Assembly: GCA_051294905.1 (NCBI GenBank)
Contig: CM119371.1
Coordinates: forward strand, 23,252,001 to 23,316,000
Length of the DNA: 64,000 nt
Source: Botryllus schlosseri
Taxonomy: Eukaryota
Direction of reading: 5' to 3'
Part shown: positions 51,826 to 64,000 of the stretch, one piece after another
Numbering within the stretch: the first letter of the stretch is position 1
Layout: every line of letters starts with the position of its first letter
The notes under the pieces: model-generated
Told to the model about the DNA's origin: nothing
Seen by the model: only the letters and a program-made list of their open reading frames with translations
The model's database searches: none
Translations under genes and position numbers: made by a program

Positions 51826-54800
51826 TTGTCTTCCTGCAACTGGCGTTCAGCAGCGAATGGGGCTACCGTGACGAAAGGCGTTAGTCGACAAAGTCGATAT
51901 ATGCTTGCAAAATTCTTTACCCAATGTTCTGCATTTTAGTAACGCCTTCGGATTGGTATCAAGAATATCCTCAATGTGGCGGGCACCATCAGTCGCCTAT
52001 TGATATTGTAACGAATGATGTACTGGTCGATACATCACTTACGAAGTTGCGTCTGAATGGTTATGGACAGTCATTAACTGGCGGATCATTAGTCAACAAC
52101 GGCCATTCAGGTATCCGATAGCAGTGCTCTTACACCTTTTATTTTTAATGTAATTGACCCCTAGACTGCATATCGTAAAGTGTCAAACCAACAAATCCCA
52201 GTAACAGACAAGAAGACGTTCGCGTTCTGTGTGAACCTCATAAATTTAGAGGTTCCCGTTCACAAATGAACCTCTGTAGGTTCTGCACTGTGAACCCTTT
52301 TCATATATTGCAATTTGTCACGACAATATAACATCTTTGGTATAAATTCTTAGCATTTCAACTTTCGACCAATCTATGCATGGCGCTGACAGCATAACAA
52401 AATCAACACCAAAGGACGCTTTGGTACAAAAGTTTGCTCGAAGTATTCAGCTTTCTGTTTGTGAATATTTAGTGACACTCTGTTGTGAGCTTGTCCCGCT
52501 ATCACACAACATCAAGAACGAAATACACTACTTGTATGTCGTCCGCGAATGATCCTTATTCAACCGATCAAGGAAATCGATATAAAGAATACATCGTTGT
52601 CTGATAATGTAAAAAATCTAGCAGGCGTACGAGATCCATCTTGACTTGATATGTTTATTGTATCATAAAAACTAAATCCATGCGATTGGGATGTTGGCTG
52701 ACATATTTATAGGGTAATATCGGTGGCAATTATAGAAATACTTTTTGCACCCTGATTGATATCCTTGTAGCAATAACTCGATGCCGAAAACGTTCTCCGG
52801 ACTGGCCTGGACCGCTTATAGTTCTTTGGAAGTCCTCGTGGAAATTGTTGGGAAAGCGGGGGAAGATACTGATTTTATTGGGTTATTAGAGCATTTGCTT
52901 GCTCCTGTTGATAGATTTGATGACGTTTAAAAGTCAGCATGTACTTCAGCATTGTGGCAGAATGTGGCCCGAGTCTTCGCTAGGTGTCGCGGTACACTGA
53001 AGTGTAGGGTTGGAATTAGCAGTATGACGTCACGTGACGTCATAGTCTCACGTTCGCGTTCACGCAGAACCTTTCAAAAAGGTTCGCGTTCACTTGAACC
53101 TGAACCAAACATGGGTTCGCACCATCCCTAATTCTTTGATAACTGTATACTGGGGTACAACGGTTTTCGGTCCAATTTACCTTGAGAGCTCTAGACTTCA
53201 GGGTTACTCTCTGCTCCACTCACAAAGTGCCGGGAGATCTAAGATTTTTTTCATTTACACAGCATCGCTTCGTGGGGGCAGGATTATATAGTAGTAATAT
53301 AATACGAAATAAAAACAAATATTTATTAGCACATATCTCTCCTGCTGGTAGTTTGTACCAGAGTGTAAGTGTATAGTGGTCTCGGAAAGTATATCACATC
53401 CCACCAAATAGCTATAGGTCATGGGCCACATGTCAGAGATCTCATGGCAATCCCTGAAATTATTCTCGTATCCGGCGTGTGGCTATATATGGTACAAGAA
53501 TAGTCTACGAACCAAACATATCTTACAGTGACGATATGCACACCAAATTCTTCCATAAAATTTCGCTCATCGAAATGCATTTAATATTTCTCCCTTCAGT
53601 TCAAGTGAATTTCCCACCTGGAAAAAGATACATACTGTCCGGCGGGGGATTTGGATCCAAGCGATACCGCGCGCTACAATTGCATTTTCACTGGCCCCTC
53701 CCGGGATCCGTGGAAGGGTCGGAGCATACGATGAATGGAAAGCATCTCCCAATCGAGGTATGTGTTTACATCATCCGTGACTTCGAATACGAGCGTATGA
53801 ATTGCTTCAGCGTGTATATAGTTACTAATTATAAACTTGTGTTAGCAGAATACGACTTAATTCTCAAATCCCTGAATTACTATGAGCAATGGCCGAAAGG
53901 CATTTATTGTAATAACTGATGTAGCAAAGTAGGCCGCTATAGGCCCTATCTGTTTTTATGTCACAATGCCGTTAAAAGTCAGTGTAATTCTTCAGATGCA
54001 CATCGTTCATATTAAAGAGCCATACGATGCCGTGGAGCAGGTGAAGAACATGACCGACGGCCTTGCAGTACTCGGCGTGTTTCTCGATATAGGGGAATCG
54101 AAGAATTCAGCAGTTCAGAAAGTACTTGATTGCGCGGAAAAACTGACTAAAGCAGGTCGATGATATCAATTTGTATTGTATATCCATGTATCTCAAATCG
54201 ATTTTATTTCATTTGGTAGGCCTATCTTAGTAGAGCATATAACACACGAGACACGGCAGTGTCTTCTGATAAACTAACTTACAAACATTTGAAACGCACT
54301 GGTCCGTTTGTGACCGTTCACTACCACCTCGTAACCGGAATTTATAATGTTGCATCGATATCAAATCGTGTTTTCATTGCCGAATACATTTTGATAACCT
54401 GCTTTTCCGCGCTAAGTAGATTCCACAACTGCCATTGCCGACGGACCTTCGCTACTCGATTTACTGCCAGATTCGGGAACATTCCATCGATATTTCGGAT
54501 CTTTGACAACACCGCCCTGTTACGAAACTGTGGTGTGGACAATATTAGCGCAACCGGTTCTGATATCACGAGATCAGGTATTGAGAAAGCCAAGGATAGC
54601 AAACAGAAATGTGGCCCACGTCTGGTTGCAGATGCGGTAGTTCGATCCTTGCCCACCTAACATTTCATTTTTAGTTTCTCGCAGTGCAATCTCGTCGCAC
54701 ACTGACGGATCAAATAGCAATTGTGTGATTGAATTAGGAACTGTAGCCGACATTGACTGCCAAGATTACGTTGTACATAATGTTTTAGTCTGATATTTGA

Positions 54801-55757
54801 CTACATCTATTGTTTTCGATCACCATATACTCTGTTCGTTATTGCATTTCGATATCGATCATCTCACTATCGACGAATACTCAAGCTGGTATATGTAGAA
54901 TTTATGCGCATCGTGCTATTATGTAGCGTTCAGTTGATATACGCATTAGGGGTCTTCAAAAATGACTCTTTTCACAAATCGTACTGGCTACTTGATAAAA
55001 TTGTTGTTTTACCTCATTTAAGCCTACACACCAAATCTGGTTCAATTCCAACCAGTAGCCGCAATGCTACAGGAGAAGAAAGTTTCCTATCGTAAATACT
55101 ATTTTTTTAAATCCAAATTTTTCGATCGCAATAACTCCGCTTCCACTGGTTGGAATTGAACCAAATTTTGTGAGCATCGTTTCTATAGACAACCTGACAC
55201 TTTCATGGGGTGAACAGAAAATTTTCAATTTTTTTTTGTTATTTATGTTTATATAATAAATAGAAACTTTCTTTTGTAGCAATGCGGCTACTGGTTGGAA
55301 TTGGACCAAATTTGGTGTGTAGGCTTACATCAGATAACCTAACAATTTTATCAAGTAGCCAGTACGATTTGAGAAAAAATGTCATTTTTGAAGAGCTCTA
55401 ATACTCATGCACTGATGGATGAATAGATCTTGCTGCAGTGGCTTTCATTTGGCGGTAATTTAAAACCATCTTTATGAGACCTAATCTATGCTCCGCACCG
55501 CACAAAAACTATATTCTGTTTATTTTTTCATTCCCAAACTGCACTATTGTGATAATATCCCTCCTTTTCAGCTGCGCGCATTTCAACAAATCAAATCGTT
55601 TGAATCTAAACACGACAGCGGATGTAGCGATTCTGCAAGTTGCTTGGACACAATGGTTGATGAGAATATCATCGGAGGAAATTTCAGACCGACGCAACCA
55701 TACAACGGTCGAGTTGTAACGTCGTTCGTCGACACGAGTAAGACTTATAGCAGATAA
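51826..55757 (+). CDS. Alpha-carbonic anhydrase, extracellular (secreted or membrane-anchored) type, multi-exon
   Basis: GT-AG exons with compatible phases: 51826-51879 ([13 protein letters not shown]), 51940-52110 (W..YPQCGG..QSPIDI...NNGHS), 53600-53757 (LQLHFHW...GSEH...PIE), 53996-54155 (MHIVH...[10 protein letters not shown]), 54420-54577 ([18 protein letters not shown]), 55572-55737/55757 ([14 protein letters not shown]). Three zinc-ligand His, the His64, Glu106 and Thr199 equivalents, and the extracellular Cys pair are present. First and last exons uncertain. Confidence 0.93.
52215..53128. mobile_element. Intronic hAT-like element remnant (2939 family)
   Basis: TAGGTTCTGCACTGTGAAC block shared with ~3010. 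Right end GGTTCGCACCATCCCTA. Confidence 0.55.
54947..55400. mobile_element. Intronic hAT-type MITE with long imperfect inverted ends
   Basis: TAGGGGTCTTCAAAAATGAC / GTCATTTTTGAAGAGCTCTA, TSD ATACGCAT/ATACTCAT, ~110-bp inverted subtermini. Confidence 0.82.
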
Positions 55758-56533
55758 GGGCAACATACGGCCCGCGACGTGATTTTTAGCGACTGGCTGG
55801 CAGTTTATGGCCGAACGTGATGATGTGGCCTTCGGCCACAGTCTGCCGCAATCCCCCACTACATGCTTACTACCTAAAATTATAATGGCTGTAAGTTATT
55901 CGTTCACGCGCGAGAGTGGAACTGCGCGTAGGTTCGCCAACACGAGAAGGCTGACCGGCATTTATGCCTGTACTCAACTGCAATTAATTGATATCCTGGT
56001 AGATTTGAACAAAATACAAACCCCTCCTTCATATACAATACATTATATACTAGGAGCGAGAAACATACGGCGGCAAAGAGATTTGAACGATCAGCAGACT
56101 TGGTGTGGAATGAGAATACATCCGCGGTCACAGCGTGCCGGGATTCTCCACTAGGCCTACTTGCTTAATACGTCAAATATAGCGAAAGTAAAGGTTTTTT
56201 TGGACACAAATAATAGTGATTAGTCAATCTTTAGATCTTTGTTTCCCTTGTGTCGGCATGCAGCCAGAGTTCAAAGAACCTGTCCGCAACTTTTGATCGA
56301 CCACAGATATCTCATTGAGTTCAACAGCTAATGAAGTATCACGTAGGAAATTCATGGAATATTGTGTTCGTCTCTATGCTTCAAACTTGAAGTCTACATT
56401 AAATAAGATTATTCCTTGAGTATGTGGATAATTACGTGTGTAATGTATCGATTCAGGAATCCGGCCTGCCAAGTACTTAATTTTCCCATTTGCCATGTCC
56501 GGCCCCCCCGACAGGGGAAGTTACCCACCGCTG
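55751..56533. mobile_element. hAT (Charlie-like) MITE at the 3' end of the carbonic anhydrase catalytic domain
   Basis: Degenerate TIRs CAGATAAGGGCAAC..CGGCCCGCG / CGGCCC..GTTACCCACCGCTG, TSD ACTTATAG/ACTTACAG. Confidence 0.75.
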
Positions 56534-56967
56534 ACTTACAGTGTAGGCTTCTGCAGGGATGGTCATCAGCACAGTACTTTTACTTTTTCGGAATACTCAA
56601 TTTTAACTTTTCCTGCTTCAACACCTTCCTAAAGTGATTATTTTTCGGGATTGCTTTGACTTCCACGTAGCTGTTTGCATGGTACTACTTGTCACACGTT
56701 CTATATTTTGAAGTGACAATTATTTTAGGGAATATTTGCATCAACGTTATGAGTGGAATGGTCACATAATATGTCCTGTATCATGGTGACGTTTGTCGAC
56801 ATATCCATCTATTTACGGTGTTATTTTGTTTGTTTGTTTTGAGGTATTCATGGTGTGTGTCGACTACTATGATAATTTACAGAAGGCCAATATCCTTCAT
56901 TTTTATTGCGCAGCTGCCGACTTGTAGCTCGGCCTACATCTAGGCTTTTATAAGACACCGCTTATAC

Positions 56968-58926
56968 CAGTGGTTCTTAACCTTGCCTCCAGCGCCCCCC
57001 CCCCCACAGGGGCGCTGACGATTTTGAAGGGGTCGGAAACGCTCAGGGGGCGATGTGGGGGGCGCTGAAGAAAAATGGCTTCGCAGTAGATGATGTAGTA
57101 GTGGGACATATCCTTAACGAGAATTCAGAGCAAATTAACATTCCACAAAACATGTCAAATACCGAAATTGTTGGTCGCGCTATACGCGCCGATGTTTGCT
57201 GCATATGTTTTCATAAATGTAGTGGGTTATTATAATTCATGTAAAATGAATTGCGCGTACTTTTAGATAGCCAATTTAGCCGTTGAAACACTGCCGTCAC
57301 GCTTGCTAGGGTTATTTTCAACAAAATATTTCGATCTAGGTATTATATCTTGCAGCGCACAGCGTGTATAAATCGAAGATGGGGAACTGTATATCACTTT
57401 TGAGAGTGAGAGCTCCTTGTACATTATGCACGAAATGAATAACTTAATATACTTGTATTTGAGAGCTACAAAATTAAATCGTCAGAATATTTCTTCATCG
57501 TATGGTAAAGGATGATACTATATAGTGGTCCACAGCCTCACATGAACGTTATATAATATGAGTTGCTTTGTTTGGAATACATTCATGTTAAACTTAATAA
57601 CTGGGTACAGTACTACATTCAATGTGAGCAGATATATGCATCCCATTCTCAGGTGACTTACTCAGTCACTCAAAGCACTAAAACAAAATCCAATACCATT
57701 AATTTTCCCGTATTGCCAATCGCAGATGTGAACTCGGGATGGTTCGAACCACGTAGTATGGGACCGTACCCGATTGTTGTTATAACAACCTTGATTTGAC
57801 CCTGAATATACCACATACAATTGTCAGGATGGTTTATTATAGTCGAGTGGCCCTCGAGCGCAATTAAAGCACGAAATATTTCCAGTACTAAAGTCTCGAA
57901 ACGACCGACTGGACTTTGACTTCTGACCAGCTGGTCCTAGGACCGAAACTGCTGCAACCCAAAACTCCAATCGGTGGGGGGGGGGCGATCTCGAAGGGTG
58001 CCCTAAATTATTTCGGTGCATGAAAATGTATTACACATCGGGTTGACTTCTCCACGAAAAAATACTATAATTATAGAGAATGGAGATAGACATATCAGTG
58101 TCGGCCATCACCATACCACAATACGCGAAGACATACGAAGTTCCAGCCAATATGCGACTCTGAGAGGTGTGCCAAAAGACCATCAGCGAGAAAACCTTAG
58201 ACAGTGAGGATTGCCCTTATATTGACCGTAAACTGCGATGCATATAGGTCTAATTGTCCATAGGTGCTTAAATCGCTCGTGCCGAATCATCATGTCGCCG
58301 CAATCTGCACCCCACAGGACAAATAACATCCATCAGAGAAAAATCATTTGGCAGTGAAGAAATACTAATTTTGAATCGTGTGCTTACTTTAGTTTAATAG
58401 CCCGCGTTTATGCGTTTCATGATATTTCGACTATATAGAGGACAAGAGGTAACAAATAACAACATGTACCGAAGTAATTGTACTAACAGGCAAGCCCGAA
58501 TATGTTTAGTTATTAATTACGTGGTCTTCATTTTCCAAGACAACAACAGCTCACTCAGCGCTACTGGTAAATCTGATTACGTGGGCTGAGAGGATAAAAG
58601 GTTTATAGCGATCTCTATTTGTAATTACCTCCTATTCACTCATGCATTATAGAAAATTTTGACGCCTGGGGTGACCAGGCCACACAAACTTTGCTGACCA
58701 TCGAAGTCACGCGACGGGGTACTTGGGGCGAATCCGCCAAGTTAGGTTTATCACGCTATTGGTGCGCAAGACAATCGTTTTTAGGGGGCCGATAAATTTC
58801 TGTTACGGTCCTCCCTCTTACCCATTGTCTTTATTACGCAAGTCCTTACAATATGGGGGGAGGGGGCGCTAAAGCCCGATAATTTTTGAAAGGGGGCGCT
58901 GGAGAAAAAAAGGTTAAGAACCACTG
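56968..58926. mobile_element. hAT composite element (20973 family) inserted in a minus-strand SINE copy (~56826-59000)
   Basis: TIR CAGTGGTTCTTAACC, TSD GCTTATAC/GCTTACAC. The flanks rejoin as AGACACCGCTTACACGG, as in the SINE at ~39100. Confidence 0.88.
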
Positions 58927-60340
58927 GCTTACACGGACGAGATGGCGCGGGGTAGCCTAGATGAACATCCAACACTTATGTAGGAGTTCTAGGGTCGACC
59001 TGACTACAATATACATTTACACCCGGCCGATTTGTCTTTACTTCGATCCCCTGCCGATCTGTGTCACGGTCCACATCTAGGCTATTTTAAGACACTGCGA
59101 ATCTGGTTGCGAGGAGGAGCCTAGATAAAACTCCAACACGTAGGTAGGCAATCTGGAGTAGACCACGGTCGGACTCTTACCCGAAACTAATTTATGTTGC
59201 ATCCGTGCATCATATCATTAAGCTATATCAACACCAATTAGGTCAGTACAGCGTGATTTTACAAGCCATCTGAATTCGCGGTGCATCGATGAGCACTTAA
59301 AACTAACCTACCCATCCACGCTGTACTAAGCGCTCATCGAGCCACCGCGAATTACGAAGGCTTGGAAAATGAAATTAGGTTAAATATTTTATTCTTCAAG
59401 TGTGTCTGTCCTGAATTTTCATCAGATTTATTACCACAATAATCTGTATGGTGTAACTTTTTGTCGGTTTTTTTTTGGGGGGGGGGTGGGCGCGGTTGAT
59501 ACTTCGGAGAGTTATGTACAATACTGAAAAGCGCAAGATTGAAGATAGAGCATGTCACATTCATTGATGTTATTCTGCCATCTACATGAAAACTAAACAC
59601 ATGATATAACGTTGCAGAGGACGACATCAGAGACATTGAAAACGACGTCGATGCATTGTGTTCAAAGATGACTTCATCCAAAAAGACGGTGGAACGCATA
59701 TCACAATGTGCCAAAAAACAAGCTAATCGTATTTTAAAACTTTTGCGTCGAATGTTTGCATCAAAAGATCAATGAACATTGCCGTTAGTCGAATGTGGTA
59801 GATCTTGCGACGATTGGAATTGAACTATCGTTCAGTTAAATATCGCAGGTTTATATGTGGCGTTTGACCGTTTTGGAGTGTTGCGAGGAATGCTATTTGT
59901 GAGTTAATATAATGATATATCTTCAATGTTCCAAGAATAAAACAAGGACAGATCAGGGTCGTTTAGCTGTTCGATTGTCATCTGCAGACGAGGCGACGAG
60001 AAAGAGCGCTGCAGTCAAAATACTAATAATTGTCCCTAATCGCCAGGCAATAATGCGACCCCATCTTTACGGCACCGATGACCAGATTGCGTTGCCATTA
60101 CAAATCGTCATTGACTGGAGCAACTAATCTGTGTAGGGTTTTTCTCGTCAGGCAGTCGTCGCGAGTGGAGGTCGTTCGAGCTCTACAGATAGTGTCGGTC
60201 TTACGAGACATACGGCAAAGCCACAGAGACAGCCACTAGTTGTTTAGTAGAATCAGGTCTTGCAGCTAACAGTCATACACCAATCGTTCGTACAATAGCA
60301 CCAAGTTCATCCCCCATACCGAGAGTTTTAACTCCTTGGA

Positions 60341-63300
60341 ATGGACGAAAAGAGTCAGAATATATAGGTCGGCCGTTCGCTCAGCAACTTGAAACGTCGA
60401 GGCGCGGATGATTCGTCCACCGATGTGGAGCCAAGACAAAAGATGCGCTCACAAACAGCATATTCTGAACCAAACGCCCCTGTCTTGAATGTTGCCCTCT
60501 CGGGCAATAAGCAGTGCCTTCGAAGCCTTAATCCACTATTCATAGAAAACTGCATAAAGCAATTGATCGGGAACTACGACAATTTACGACCCCTTGCCTC
60601 TTGTAACTTGTTCTATGTTTTTACAGGTAATTAGTAGGTCCTGTACCTGTAAAAACAAAGAACAAGTTACCAAACTGCTTTCGTGCATATCTTTTGCATC
60701 GAGCACAAGAACAGTTGAGCTAAAATCAGCATTATATGCAGCAATCAATTGCAAATCGAAAGCTATCATCCGTGGCGTACCTCTCGATGTTACCAACGAC
60801 ATTCTACTACTTTCTTTCAAAAATACGGCGTCATTACCAAGAAACGATTGAAACGCAGGGTTGCAGAAAAATATGAACTGTACGAGACAGTCTTACTAGG
60901 CTTCGAAACAGACACCGCCCCAAAAGAAGTGAGGTTATCCTATCTCAACTTCCCTACGTATGAATATCGAGAACCCCCTCGACGATGCTTCAACTGCAAT
61001 GATTTTGGACACATATCCAAAACATGCAGGCGCTCTATACGCTGTCCTAGGTGTGGTAAAGGCCATGAGATAAAAGATTGCACGGAAACCCAGAAACGGT
61101 GCTTTAACTGTGATGAGGCACATAGCTCTGCCTATGCAGGATGTAGGAGTTACAAACAAGAGGCAAACATACAAGCTTTGAGCTCGAAGCAGAAACTAAA
61201 CTACAGCGAAGCCAGAAGTCCTATAATCTGGCCGAACCGATTCCAGGTCCTCGGTAACACAGAACAAGCCAATCACCGATGAACGCGGCAGACCATCCTC
61301 CTTCTCATACATACATCAATGTTACGCCAATACGCCAATCTCGCGAACTCGACAATCCCCGAATACACCAAACCAACCGTCTCAAATATCCATACCGATC
61401 CACACGATCCCAGTACCTCCTTTGAACCCTCGACGATCAAACGCACATTATGTCTGTCACAAACAAACGCAACTGCACCATTGAACACTACCAAACAAAC
61501 GCAACTGCACCATTGAACACTATTTCTACTTCTCTAGGGACTGTAGCCTATATAGCCCAGTGACCCCGAACCATCAAAGACCTATTCCCCCGTCTATTTC
61601 ACCTCCCATATGCTTACAATCAGATCAGTTGGTTGCTTTGATTACCAAATCTATCGAAAACGCACTTCAAGCAATGCCCGAAGGTAACCAGATTAATGTC
61701 GCGTCTGTGTTGGCATTCACTGCGGAAACAATATTTGGCGTAGACTTCAAAAATCAACTATTCCGTCAATCCGATGGCAGTCCCCAACAACTCTCTCCCC
61801 TGCAATCCTGCAGTGGAATTCCCGGGGCATATACCGCAAAATACCTGAATTGAAGCGAAGCGAAGCGCTATATAGGGAGTTTACCAGGTATACCCGATAT
61901 CCTTTTCATTCAGGAGACGCATCTCTCTAGCAAATACACCCCGCGATTAAGAGGATTTACACCGATTCGCAAGGACAAGGAAATCCACAGTGGCCGAGTA
62001 TGCATCTTCATTAAAAAAAATACTTCACCATACGGGGAAATAGCCTTTATGGTGAAGTAGCCTTTAACAGCCACACCCCGATAGAAGGTATTGGTATCAA
62101 AGTTGCGGACATAGGCGCACAATCAACATATAGGCCTAGATACCGCCTAGTAGCCTCGACGCGAATTCAAATCAGTTACAGGACCTTCTTTCCAAACTTC
62201 CAAGAGAAAGCTCGCTATTATAGGGAATTTCAAGGCCCATCACTCCTTTCTTGGGTCAGCGGTTGCCAACACAACTGGAAACCTGCTGGTTGAGATTATG
62301 CAAAGTCGTAACTTAACATCACTTAACAATGGTCAACAATGGTCGGCCCACCGTGCTTCACATACAGAACAACTCCTGGTCTCTGATGGACCTTATGCTA
62401 GCAACTAGCGTCATTGCAACACTGTGCAGTGTAGCCGAGACGTCAGAACTCCTGGATAGCGATCACTGTATCATCTCCAACCACATTGAAACCTGTATCC
62501 CACCACTCTCAACGTTCTACCCGAAATGGAACATGGAAAAGGCCAACTGGGAAGACCAGAGAATGGTGCGAAATATTCGTAACATCGTCCTCACGAGTTG
62601 TGGAAACTCGGAATCTGCCATCCGCAACCTTACTGAGAGTCTGTCATCAGCGGTCACAATATCGATCCCCAAAACGAGGCTTCATACCGGTGTCAGAGTC
62701 CCGTGGTGGAACGACTCATGAGAAGGAAGAAGGTATGCGAGTCACACAAATGCAGTATCCTTCGTCACCGCATCCCCATCCGGGACGGAAATCGATTACC
62801 TGGTCGTGGCAGGAGGTCGTCCCAAGTCGCTCGAGTTTCCTTTCCTTCAACTCCTTTACAAGCAATCCACTCTTCGACAGTTTTCACATTGGTACCGCAA
62901 ACGTACTCCCAACACCACCATGGCTCGTATTGCCCCTCGTATGATCGAGTTTAACCGGGACAAGACACCCCCATGCGCTGATCGTATCCAGGGCTAATGA
63001 AACTTCACCAACCTCGTATCTTGAATACAACAAGATTTATACGGACGGCTCAAAGAGCCATTCGGGGACGGCATCGGCTTTCTATGTAGCAGAATTGAAC
63101 GCAATTCAAGATTTTTGGATAACCAACATATCAGTTATGTCAGCAGAATTATATGCTATCCTTCGAGCACTCTATCCGATAGCATTATGTAGGCCAGACA
63201 AATGTTTGATCATAAGCCATTCGGCATTCCTTATCAGCATTGCGTTGCATTTCCTCGTCAAGTCTCTATAAAGACCTTCTACCATTAAAAATTAACCACA

Positions 63301-63870
63301 TGCTCAACACGCTAGCCAGTCAGGGACTTGCCATAAAATTCATGTGGATTCCTAGCCACGTTGGAATAGCCGGTAACGAATGTGCCGACAAGCATGCTAG
63401 GCATGCAGATGAGAGAGGACAACAGTCGACTCGGTGATACCGGTGACAAGTTCGCATTGTCCGCGACATACATGGAAGAATAGAGACAAATTTATGCCAC
63501 CTCTGACTCTGCCCAGCAATACAACACTCTTCGTAGCCTCGACCGGATATCTTCCGTCAGAAAGACGCGCGGTCGACACTCCTTTTCCGCCTAAGAACGG
63601 GTCATTGCCGGTTAAATGGACACCTTAATCGTCTCCATCTACGCAGTACGGGACTATGCGACAGCTGTGGCTGCCAAGAAACGTTGTCGTCCCATTTCTT
63701 GTTACACTCCCCCCAATACGGACACTACGGACGTGAACTACTGGAGAAGACCGCCTGCATCCATCTTCCGTTCACTATAAAGGACATTTTATCTGAACCA
63801 TTGCTAGATGCCGAAATCTACGAATTTGTCGTGAAAACCGGGCGCATATTATGAATGTGCCAAATAACGC
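60341..63870 (+). mobile_element. Decayed RNase H-containing non-LTR retrotransposon (I-group-like LINE) with RT domain deleted
   Basis: Frameshifted ORF1 has three zinc knuckles (CFNCNDFGHISKTC, CPRCGKGHEIKDC, CFNCDEAHSSAYAGC). ORF2 remnants: APE (ILQWNSRG, PDILFIQETHL, IIGNFKAHH, SDH), PWWND, RNase H (IYTDGSK, AELYAILRAL, WIPSHVGIAGNECAD) and C-terminal LRTGH/CDSCG..H. Many stops and frameshifts. Confidence 0.88.
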
Positions 63871-64000
63871 TTACTTACATCATCGTAGTCAGACTGTGTA
63901 TAAAGCGTAAATCGCTACACACAAAACATAGTTGACTCCAGGAATTCTTTTTATTTGAAGCGATTTGATGTAACGTGGGTGATTCCCTTATAGAAAGGAT

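Noticed and set aside
36471..51826. Functional link between the XK-like cluster and the carbonic anhydrase
   Set aside because: Only proximity (~15 kb of repeats apart) in a eukaryotic genome, with no evidence of co-regulation.
59690..59775. Peptide KKQANRILKLLRRMF reminiscent of the CR1/L2 post-RT region
   Set aside because: Too short and isolated to support a feature call.

Overview
AT-rich, intron-containing, transposon-dense DNA from a metazoan (probably invertebrate; species not identifiable). Three main components. (1) A cluster at 1-36.5 kb of coding-intronless paralogues encoding ~305-330 aa multi-pass membrane proteins with the motif order of XK-related (Xkr/CED-8 scramblase family) proteins. 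It has four complete ORFs, one running off the left edge, one frameshifted copy and a probable decayed relic. All complete copies lack the C-terminal regulatory tail. (2) A spliced alpha-carbonic anhydrase of extracellular type (~51.1/51.8-55.8 kb) with catalytic residues intact. (3) Many non-autonomous elements: over a dozen hAT-type MITEs, most with 8-bp target-site duplications (TSDs) and several nested; a tRNA-derived SINE family; and a decayed RNase H-containing LINE lacking its RT domain (60.3-63.9 kb). The most striking non-coding feature is a perfect 93-bp-arm palindrome at 22.46-22.66 kb. Each arm carries a minimal Penelope/retrozyme-type hammerhead ribozyme, derived from a ~128-nt circularly permuted unit and flanked by a 14-bp direct repeat. 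All assignments come from reading the sequence; no searches were run.
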